The notes below the pieces were generated by a model. The model was not told where the DNA came from and did no database searches. It saw only the letters and a program-made list of their open reading frames with translations. From an uncultured Eubacteriales bacterium (GTDB taxonomy: Bacteria > Bacillota > Clostridia > Oscillospirales > CAG-272), in contig CAKSEI010000002.1 of assembly GCA_934446285.1 (NCBI GenBank), positions 1-47,075 of the forward strand: a stretch of DNA of 47,075 bases. Reading direction: 5' to 3'. Positions 9,435-16,447 of this stretch are shown in pieces; position 1 is the stretch's first letter, and every line of letters starts with the position of its first letter. The position numbers and the translations under genes were made by a program.

Positions 9435-10508
9435 TCAGTCTACACTTACGTGCCAATTGCCGTAGGGGTCTTTTATTGCTCCGGACTGTATGCCGGTCAC
9501 GGTGTCGTACAGGCGCGCACTTATCTCGCCTATCTTGCCGCCGTTTATTTCCATGACCTCGTCCTCGTAGCGCAGCTTGCCTACGGGGCTGATGACTGCG
9601 GCTGTTCCGGTGCCGAAGCACTCCTCGAGCTTGCCGCTCTTCTGCGCCTCTATCAGCTCGTCAACGGAAATCTTACGCTCCTCGACCTCATAGCCCCAGT
9701 CGCGGCAGAGGGTTATTACCGAATTGCGCGTGATGCCGGGAAGTATACTGCCCGAGAGCGCGGGCGTGACTATCTTGCCGTCTATCTTAAAGAAGATATT
9801 CATGGCGCCGACTTCCTCTATGTACCTGCGCTCAACGCCGTCGAGCCACAGCACCTGAGAGAAGCCCTCGTCGTGCGCCTTGACCTGCGCGATGAGGGAT
9901 GCGGCATAGTTGCCGCCCGTCTTTGCAAAGCCGATACCGCCGCGAACCGCACGCACGTATTCGTCCTCTATCCATATGCCTACGGGAGCGAGTCCGCTCT
10001 CGTAGTATGCGCCCGAGGGCGAGAGAATGACGATAAAGAGATAGGTCGACGACGGCTTTACGCCGAGAAATTCATCGGTTGCGATAACAAAGGGGCGTAC
10101 ATAGAGTGACGTGCCGGGGTCGGTGGGAATCCAGTCCTTGTCAACCTTGACAACAGCCTTTATCGCCTGAACAAAGTCTTCCTCGGGTATCTCGGGGATG
10201 CACAGACGCCTGTTCGACGCGTTGGCGCGCTTTGCATTCATGTCCGGGCGGAAAAGATATGCGCCGCCGTCCGTACCCTTATATGCCTTGAGTCCCTCGA
10301 ACATCTCCTGTCCGTAGTGGAATACCATTGCGGCGGGAGAGAGAGAAATTCTCTCAAAGGGGACTATGCGCGCATCGTGCCAGCCCTTGCCCTCGGTATA
10401 GTTCATTACGAACATATGGTCGGTGAAAATCTTGCCGAATCCGAGAGGCGCACCCTTTTCGGGTTTCTTCTTCGGGTTGTCCGTGAGAGTTACCTTTATG
10501 TCTAACAT
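9435..10508 (-). CDS. ilvE: Branched-chain amino acid aminotransferase (class IV)
   Basis: ...FGKIFTDHMFVMNY...GLKAYKG..G...LFRP..N..R...S..RL.IP...VRPF... is a typical BCAT-II pattern. I chose the start at M9 of the listed ORF (AGGAGGA RBS 5 nt upstream), which leaves a 13-nt gap to the upstream gene. Confidence 0.9.
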   Translation of the reverse strand: MLDIKVTLTDNPKKKPEKGAPLGFGKIFTDHMFVMNYTEGKGWHDARIVPFERISLSPAAMVFHYGQEMFEGLKAYKGTDGGAYLFRPDMNAKRANASNRRLCIPEIPEEDFVQAIKAVVKVDKDWIPTDPGTSLYVRPFVIATDEFLGVKPSSTYLFIVILSPSGAYYESGLAPVGIWIEDEYVRAVRGGIGFAKTGGNYAASLIAQVKAHDEGFSQVLWLDGVERRYIEEVGAMNIFFKIDGKIVTPALSGSILPGITRNSVITLCRDWGYEVEERKISVDELIEAQKSGKLEECFGTGTAAVISPVGKLRYEDEVMEINGGKIGEISARLYDTVTGIQSGAIKDPYGNWHVSVD

Positions 10509-10521
10509 TTTTTCCTCCTGA

Positions 10522-11061
10522 TTATTTTTCATAGCTCATGCCGAGCTTTATTGCCTCAAGGTTCTTGTCAAAGAGGTCGGCGTGCTTTGCGGAGACAACC
10601 TTCTTAAGCGCCGGCTCGATAAGCTCCTCCGGCACGCAGTCGGCGTGCGCGATGAGTGCGCCCGTCATTATCATGTTCGCAAGTCCCGAGAGCTCATTCT
10701 CCGTCGCAAGCGTCGTCGCGGGTATATATACCGTCTTTACGTCCGTGCGCTCAACCTTTTTCGCTATGAGCGAGCTGTCGACGAGGATAAGTCCGCCAGC
10801 CTTTGCCGCACTCTCGTATTTCTCGAGTGAGGGCAGGTTCATAGCGACAAGGATGTCGGGAGAAGTTACTATCGGAGAGCCGACGGGGGTGTCCGAGAGA
10901 ATTACCGAGCAGTTTGCCGTGCCGCCGCGCATCTCCGGTCCGTATGAGGGCAGCCAGCTTACGTTGCGCTCACCGAGCAGCCCCGTATATGCGAGAAATT
11001 TACCGGCGAAAAGTATACCCTGTCCGCCGAAGCCCGCGATAAGTACCTGTGTAGTGCTCAT
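10522..11061 (-). CDS. 2-oxoacid:ferredoxin oxidoreductase, gamma subunit
   Basis: MSTTQVLIAGFGGQGILFAGKFLA...SYGPEMRGGTANC is the typical OFOR gamma pattern. The start overlaps the beta-subunit stop (ATGA). Confidence 0.88.
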   Translation of the reverse strand: MSTTQVLIAGFGGQGILFAGKFLAYTGLLGERNVSWLPSYGPEMRGGTANCSVILSDTPVGSPIVTSPDILVAMNLPSLEKYESAAKAGGLILVDSSLIAKKVERTDVKTVYIPATTLATENELSGLANMIMTGALIAHADCVPEELIEPALKKVVSAKHADLFDKNLEAIKLGMSYEK

Positions 11062-11810
11062 TTGCTTTCCTCCTCTGCATATTTATCCTTAAAGACACCG
11101 AGCGGGTAGTAGGGAATCATATTCTCCTCCAGCCAGTCAAGCGCGCCCTGCGGCGTTTTTCCCCAGTTGGTCGGGCAGGTCGATACGACCTCGATAAGCG
11201 AAAAGCCCTTGCCCTCCTTCTGACGGCGGAATGCCTTTTCTATAGCCTTTTTTGCGTTCCTTACGTTTTTGACATTGTTTACGGCAACACGCTCTATGTA
11301 TCCCGCACCGTCAAGAGTCGAGAGCATCTCGCATATCTTTACGGGATATCCTACGGTATTGACATCGCGTCCGTAGGGGGAGGTCTGCGTTATCTGACCG
11401 GGAAGAGAGGTGGGAGCCATCTGACCGCCGGTCATGCCGTATATTGCGTTATTTACGAATATTACCGTGATATTCTCGCCGCGTGCTGCGGAGTGAACCG
11501 TCTCGGCAGTGCCTATGGAGGCGAGGTCGCCGTCACCCTGATAGGTAAAGACTATCTTCGAGGGGTCTGCGCGCTTCACGCCCGTAGCGACAGCCGGAGC
11601 ACGTCCGTGAGCCGCCTGAACCATATCGACGTTAAAATAATTGTATGCAAAGACCGAACATCCGACGGACGCGACGCCTATCGTTTCGCCCGCGATGCCG
11701 AGGCTGTCTATCGCCTCCGCGACGAGGCGGTGAATAATACCGTGCGTGCAGCCCGGGCAATAGTGCAGGGGCGCATCGGTCAGGGCTTTCGGTTTCTCAA
11801 AGACTGTCAT
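11058..11810 (-). CDS. 2-oxoacid:ferredoxin oxidoreductase, beta (TPP-binding) subunit
   Basis: I chose the internal start at M35 (MTVFEKPKALTD). HYCPGCTHG and GDGD...GG..H..R...N....NN.IYGMTGGQ are the TPP/Fe-S beta-subunit motifs. The start overlaps the alpha stop (TGATG at 11808-11812). Confidence 0.88.
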   Translation of the reverse strand: MTVFEKPKALTDAPLHYCPGCTHGIIHRLVAEAIDSLGIAGETIGVASVGCSVFAYNYFNVDMVQAAHGRAPAVATGVKRADPSKIVFTYQGDGDLASIGTAETVHSAARGENITVIFVNNAIYGMTGGQMAPTSLPGQITQTSPYGRDVNTVGYPVKICEMLSTLDGAGYIERVAVNNVKNVRNAKKAIEKAFRRQKEGKGFSLIEVVSTCPTNWGKTPQGALDWLEENMIPYYPLGVFKDKYAEEESK

Positions 11811-12871
11811 CACTTGTCCTCCTTTGCGGCTTTTTCTATACTTGCTATAACTTCCTCGGGCGTGGGTATCATACCGCCCGTGCGGCAGCAGAGGTCGACG
11901 GGGCGCGAGCACTCTATCGCGAGGCGCACGTCCTCTATCATCTGTCCCATATTAAGCTCGACGGAGATAAATCTCTTCACGCCTGCCGCAACCTGCTTTA
12001 AGGCTTTCTCGGGGAATGGCCAGAGGGTTATCGGGCGGACAAGACCGACCTTTATACCCTTTTCGCGTGCCGCATCGACCGCATTCTTTGATACGCGGGC
12101 TGCAATGCCGAATGCGACAACGGCAATCTCCGCATCCTCGCAGCGGTAAAGCTCGCACAGCTGCTCCTTTTCCTTTACCTCATCATAGCGGGCGAAACGT
12201 ACATTGTTCCAGTCCTCAAGCTCCTGCGGCTCGAGAGCGAGGGAGTTGATTATATTCGGCTTGCGCTCTCCCTTTGTTCCCGTGAGTGCCCAGGGCTTAG
12301 GGCAGCCCTCTGCGGGCGCTTCGTCAAGGGTGACGGGCTCCATCATCTGACCCATCGTTCCGTCGGCGAGCAGCATACAGGGCATACGGTACTTCTCCGC
12401 GAGGTCAAAGCCGCGGAAGACCATGTCCGCCATCTCCTGAACCGAGTCGGGAGCGAGGACGAGCAGGTGATAGTCGCCGTGTCCGCCGCCGCGCGTCGCC
12501 TGGAAGTAGTCGGACTGAGAGGGCTGAATTCCGCCGAGACCCGGTCCGCCGCGCTGTACGTTTACGATAAGCGCAGGCAGATCACAGCCCGCCATGTAGG
12601 ATATTCCTTCGCTTTTAAGGGAAATTCCGGGGCTGGAGGAGGAGGTCATGGCACGCTTGCCCGCTGCGGCAGCGCCTATTACCATATTTATCGCGGCGAT
12701 TTCGCTCTCCGCCTGCAGGAAAGTACCGCCTATCTTGGGCATGCGCTTTGCCATGTAAGCGGCAACCTCGGTCTGCGGCGTTATCGGATATCCGAAGTAG
12801 TGGCGGCAGCCCGCGCGTATAGCTGCCTCGGCGAGGGCTTCATTGCCCTTCATCAAAACTTTTTCTGACAT
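11810..12871 (-). CDS. 2-oxoacid:ferredoxin oxidoreductase, alpha subunit (VorB/KorA type)
   Basis: MSEKVLMKGNEALAEAAIRAGCRHYFGYPITPQTE... is the canonical N-terminus of VOR/KOR-type alpha subunits. The substrate class cannot be assigned by eye. Confidence 0.88.
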   Translation of the reverse strand: MSEKVLMKGNEALAEAAIRAGCRHYFGYPITPQTEVAAYMAKRMPKIGGTFLQAESEIAAINMVIGAAAAGKRAMTSSSSPGISLKSEGISYMAGCDLPALIVNVQRGGPGLGGIQPSQSDYFQATRGGGHGDYHLLVLAPDSVQEMADMVFRGFDLAEKYRMPCMLLADGTMGQMMEPVTLDEAPAEGCPKPWALTGTKGERKPNIINSLALEPQELEDWNNVRFARYDEVKEKEQLCELYRCEDAEIAVVAFGIAARVSKNAVDAAREKGIKVGLVRPITLWPFPEKALKQVAAGVKRFISVELNMGQMIEDVRLAIECSRPVDLCCRTGGMIPTPEEVIASIEKAAKEDK

Positions 12872-12881
12872 TTCTTCCTCC

Positions 12882-13088
12882 TTATTTCTCGACGGTTATA
12901 ACGCAGTCGGGACACATCGTGGCGCAGAAAGCACATGCTATGCACTTGCTCTCATCGGTTATGTGCGCGGGGTGATGACCCTTTGGGTTAATTTCGTCTT
13001 TCGCAAGGGAAATGAGTCCCTTAGGACATGCCGTGACGCACAGTCCGCAGCCCTTGCACAGGTTTTTCTCAAATGTTACCTTTGCCAT
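12882..13088 (-). CDS. 4Fe-4S dicluster ferredoxin-like delta subunit of the OFOR
   Basis: A 68-aa product with two Cys motifs, CKGCGLCVTACP and CIACAFCATMCP. Confidence 0.88.
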   Translation of the reverse strand: MAKVTFEKNLCKGCGLCVTACPKGLISLAKDEINPKGHHPAHITDESKCIACAFCATMCPDCVITVEK

Positions 13089-13100
13089 TTTATATCTCCT

Positions 13101-13739
13101 TTACCAAATGGTTTTTTGCAGAGTAAGAGCAAGCTCGTTTTTTCGGGCGATGCCGCTTTCCGCGCATGTAAAGCGCAGCGGCAGCCCGCTCTCTTCACAG
13201 AGGTGCTCTATCTTTTCCTTCGAGCGGTCTAAGTCCGAGCGAACCGTGTCTTTACCGAGATTTGTATTGTTGACTATGCCCGTAAAGGGTATGCCGCACG
13301 CCGCTTCTATCTCGCGCATGACTCCGAGAGCCTCCTCGGGCGTGCGCGTGAGCGGGCGCATGAAATTGCATACAAAGAGCATATCGTAGTCGCCCTCCGC
13401 GATTATCGCGGGAGTGAGTCTGCCGAGCGCGAGCGCGCCTCTGTCGTCTCCTCCTACGTCGACGACGGCGAATCTGTCCGTCTCGTCCGTCACGCGGTAC
13501 ATGTCACCGGGGAGAGCGGGAGTGTCGACATTCGTATTCGCATAGTCTGAGGCGACAAGCTCTATGCCCTCCTGCCGCAAAAGGTCGCCGGAATCCTTTG
13601 AGCGGTAGTACGGATTTACTATATCGAGGTCAAAGAGCGTTACTGCCTTTCCCTCGCGGCGCAGGCGCACGGCGTAGTTTATCGCTATATTCGTTTTTCC
13701 GCTGCCGTAGTGACCGCAGAAAAGCGTTATTCTGCTCAT
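13101..13739 (-). CDS. P-loop NTPase (MinD/ParA/CobQ-like fold), function unknown
   Basis: The deviant Walker A is FCGHYGSGKTNIAINYA and the Walker B-like segment is FAVVDVGGDD. It is tightly packed between the synthetase (13-nt gap) and the OFOR delta gene (12-nt gap). Confidence 0.75.
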   Translation of the reverse strand: MSRITLFCGHYGSGKTNIAINYAVRLRREGKAVTLFDLDIVNPYYRSKDSGDLLRQEGIELVASDYANTNVDTPALPGDMYRVTDETDRFAVVDVGGDDRGALALGRLTPAIIAEGDYDMLFVCNFMRPLTRTPEEALGVMREIEAACGIPFTGIVNNTNLGKDTVRSDLDRSKEKIEHLCEESGLPLRFTCAESGIARKNELALTLQKTIW

Positions 13740-13752
13740 TTTATCTCCGTTC

Positions 13753-16038
13753 TCACAGCTTCGCGCGTATTATCTTGCCCGAGGTGGTCTTGGGCAGCTC
13801 GTCGCGGAATACGACGATTCGCGGATATTTATACGGCGCGGTGTGCTCCTTTACGTAGTTCTGTATTTCCTTCTTAAGCTCTTCCGTGCCTTCCGTGCCC
13901 TTTGTAAGCACGATGCTCGCCTTGACGACCTGTCCGCGAATCTCGTCGGGTGCGGCGGAGACTCCGCATTCAAGCACGTAGGGCAGCTCCATTATGACAT
14001 TCTCTATCTCGAAAGGCCCTATGCGGTAGCCCGAGCTCTTTATAACGTCGTCTATGCGGCTGACGTACCAGTAGTAGCCGTCCTCATCCTTATATGCGAC
14101 GTCTCCCGTGTGATATATGCCACCTGCGAAAACCTCATCGGTCTTTTCCTTATTGCGGTAATACTCGGTGACAAGTCCGCAGGGGTGACCGCGGTCGAGC
14201 TTTACGCATATTTCGCCGGGAGTACCGACGGGAACGGGATTGCCCTCCGTGTCGAAAATGTCTATGTCATACGACGCTACGGGCTTGCCCATAGAGCCGA
14301 GACGCGGGGTCATGCCGACGGTGTTCGCAATAAGCACGGTCGACTCGGACTGGCCGAAGCCCTCCATTATCGTAAGGCCCGTTGCCTCCTTAAATCTGCG
14401 GAATACCTCGGGATTGAGCGCCTCGCCCGCCGTCGTCATATGCTTGACGGACGAGAGGTCGAAACGCGAGATATCCTCCTTTATCATCATACGCAGCATG
14501 GTTGGCGGTGCGCAGAAGGTCGTGATACCGTATTTTGCAAACATCGGGAGAATGTCCGAGGCGTGGAAACGGTCGAAATCATAGACGAAAAGCGGCGCCT
14601 CACACAGCCACTGACCGTAGAGCTTACCCCACATGGACTTAGCCCAGCCCGTGTCCGAGATGGTGAGATGAAGTCCGTTCGGGTCGACCCTGTGCCAATA
14701 TTTTGCGGTGACAAAGTGACCTAACGGGTATTTGTACGAATGAACGGCAATCTTCGGATAGCCCGACGTGCCCGAGGTGAAGAACATGAGCATCTTATCG
14801 TCTCCGCACGGGCTGTCCGGCGTGCGCTCAAAGTGGCTCGAATATACCGAATACTCCTCCTCAAAGCTGCGCCAGCCGTCCTTTTTCCCGCCTACGGTTA
14901 TCTTTGTTACAAGCGACGGGCTTGTTGCCTCCGCTATATCAACCTCGTCGGTTATCCCGCCTACTGCAGTGCACATTACGGCGGATATTCCCGCGCTGTT
15001 TATGCGGTACTCAATGTCGTGCGAGAGCAGCTGATTGGGTGCTAATATCGCTATCGCGCCTATCTTGTGCAGGGCGTTTATTATGTACCAGAATTCATAG
15101 TGACGGCGCAGGATGAGCATTACTCTGTCTCCGCGTTTTATGCCTATGCTTTTAAAGTAATTTGCCGCTCGACTCGATTCCTTTTTCACCATGCCGAAGG
15201 TTATGCGCTTTTCCTCTCCCGTGCGGGATATGTGAAGAAGAGCGGTCTTATCGGGGCATTTGTCACCGAGCGCGTCAACTACGTCAAAGGCAAAGTTGAA
15301 TTTGTCTTCATTCTTATATTCTATCGATGCGAGGCTGCCGTCCTGGTTTTCGTGCGGGATGATAAAATTCTCGTACACTCTCTCCTGATTGTCACTCTCG
15401 GGCTTTGACTGCTTCTCCTCCTCATGCGCTCTGTGCGCTATGTAGTCGGTCGGGTTGAGGACGACTGCGTAAAACTCGCAGTCCTCGCCGTCCACGGCTA
15501 TCATGCCGTGAGGTGTGGACGAGTCGTAGTATATCGTGTCGCCCACGCCGAGAATTTCCGAGTGAGTGCCGACCTGAACCTTGAGATGTCCGCTTATTAC
15601 AAGGTCAAATTCCTGACCCTCGTGGGTGGTCAGCGGGATGTCGCGCGTCTGCGCCTCCTCGGAGTACTCCGCGCGGACGTAAAGCGGTTCGGCGATACGG
15701 TCACGGTAGGATGACGCCATATTGAAGTAGGTCATGCCGTGTGCCTTTTCTATCTTCTGACCCGCACCCGCACGCGTCAGCTCATATGCGGTAAGCGTCG
15801 GGGAGCTTCCCTGAATTATGTCGGTGACGTCCACTCTGAAAGCAAGCGCACAGCGGTAGAGAAAAGCAAAGTTGAGGTCGCGCCCGCCCGACTCGCACGC
15901 GTTGTATTCGTCCTCGGAGACGCCGACCTTTTCCGCCATCTCCGCAGGGGAGAGACCTTCTATCGTGCGCAGCTCGTGAATTCGGGCAGCCATCTCGCGT
16001 ATCGTAAGGTCAAGTCCGGTAGTAAGTTTTTCTTCCAT
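13753..16038 (-). CDS. Fusion protein: XRE-type HTH + cupin + AMP-forming medium-chain-type acyl-CoA synthetase (paralog 1)
   Basis: The N-terminal HTH is LSPAEMAEKVGVSEDEYNACESG. The cupin is GQEFDLVISGHLKVQVG...GDTIYYDSSTPHGM. The AMP-binding core is MLMFFTSGTSGYPK, TTAGEALNPEV and YHTGDVAYKDEDGYYWYVSRIDDVIKSSGYRIGPFEIE...TSGKI, which resembles the ACSM/MACS family. GGAGGA RBS. Confidence 0.88.
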   Translation of the reverse strand: MEEKLTTGLDLTIREMAARIHELRTIEGLSPAEMAEKVGVSEDEYNACESGGRDLNFAFLYRCALAFRVDVTDIIQGSSPTLTAYELTRAGAGQKIEKAHGMTYFNMASSYRDRIAEPLYVRAEYSEEAQTRDIPLTTHEGQEFDLVISGHLKVQVGTHSEILGVGDTIYYDSSTPHGMIAVDGEDCEFYAVVLNPTDYIAHRAHEEEKQSKPESDNQERVYENFIIPHENQDGSLASIEYKNEDKFNFAFDVVDALGDKCPDKTALLHISRTGEEKRITFGMVKKESSRAANYFKSIGIKRGDRVMLILRRHYEFWYIINALHKIGAIAILAPNQLLSHDIEYRINSAGISAVMCTAVGGITDEVDIAEATSPSLVTKITVGGKKDGWRSFEEEYSVYSSHFERTPDSPCGDDKMLMFFTSGTSGYPKIAVHSYKYPLGHFVTAKYWHRVDPNGLHLTISDTGWAKSMWGKLYGQWLCEAPLFVYDFDRFHASDILPMFAKYGITTFCAPPTMLRMMIKEDISRFDLSSVKHMTTAGEALNPEVFRRFKEATGLTIMEGFGQSESTVLIANTVGMTPRLGSMGKPVASYDIDIFDTEGNPVPVGTPGEICVKLDRGHPCGLVTEYYRNKEKTDEVFAGGIYHTGDVAYKDEDGYYWYVSRIDDVIKSSGYRIGPFEIENVIMELPYVLECGVSAAPDEIRGQVVKASIVLTKGTEGTEELKKEIQNYVKEHTAPYKYPRIVVFRDELPKTTSGKIIRAKL

Positions 16039-16067
16039 TATTTTTTCCTCCGCTTACTTCCCCGGGG

Positions 16068-16337
16068 CAGGAAAAACAAAAAACGCCCCAAAGAATACTG
16101 ATTCTTTGAGACGAGAAAACCTCCCGCGGTACCACTCAAATTGCGCTTTGCGCCACTCACGCTCAAACAAGCGTTATGCCTTTACGCGGCAAAACGGGAA
16201 AGGTCTACTCACCTGCGGCTTTCTTCTTTCCGACTCGGAAGCTACCGGCGTTATGCCTCGGACAAACGGCTCTCACCATCCGCCGTCTCTCTGTGCGTCC
16301 GTAAAACACGCGCCCTCTTCGTCACAGTCTTTATTTA
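16068..16337 (-). promoter_or_regulatory. T-box riboswitch leader 1 (Stem I, T-box antiterminator, intrinsic terminator)
   Basis: Reading the minus strand: K-turn GAC-UGU-GA-C-GAAG...CUUC-C-GA-GUC, AG bulge AGAGAG, distal loop GGAUGGUGAGA and T-box core UUUGAGUGGUACCGCGGGA (plus 16123-16138). A terminator hairpin CUCAAAGAAU/cagu/AUUCUUUGGGG plus a U-run follows, about 30 nt before the ATG. Confidence 0.85.
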
Positions 16338-16343
16338 CTCAGT

Positions 16344-16372
16344 ATTCTACCACATCGTATATGACTTGTCAA
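16344..16372 (-). promoter_or_regulatory. Sigma-A promoter for T-box 1
   Basis: On the minus strand: TTGACA (16372-16367), a 17-nt spacer and an extended -10 TGgTAGAAT (16349-16344). Confidence 0.7.
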
Positions 16373-16409
16373 GTGCTTTTTATGCAGAAAAAGGATTTTT
16401 TTGCATAAA

Positions 16410-16446
16410 AGTCGGGGCGGCGGCAGCCCGCCGCCCGCTTTTTTTC
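16410..16446. terminator. GC-rich hairpin terminator after paralog 2
   Basis: The 9-bp G/C stem cggggcggcgg/cagc/ccgccgcccg is flanked by an A-run and a T-run. On the minus strand it is followed by ACUUUUAU. Confidence 0.6.
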
Positions 16447-16447
16447 C

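Noticed and set aside
16230-16260. Assigning His (CAU+A) to T-box 1 and Glu (GAA+G) or Pro (CCC+A) to T-box 2 as the specifier.
   Set aside because: The Pro register requires a lower stem (GGGA/UCCC) that breaks the GAAG/CUUC stem next to the K-turn. That stem is supported by covariation between the two leaders. His is disfavoured because the UGGU bulge predicts an A discriminator, whereas tRNA-His usually has C. Glu cannot be fully excluded, and all of these are listed as alternatives in the finding.
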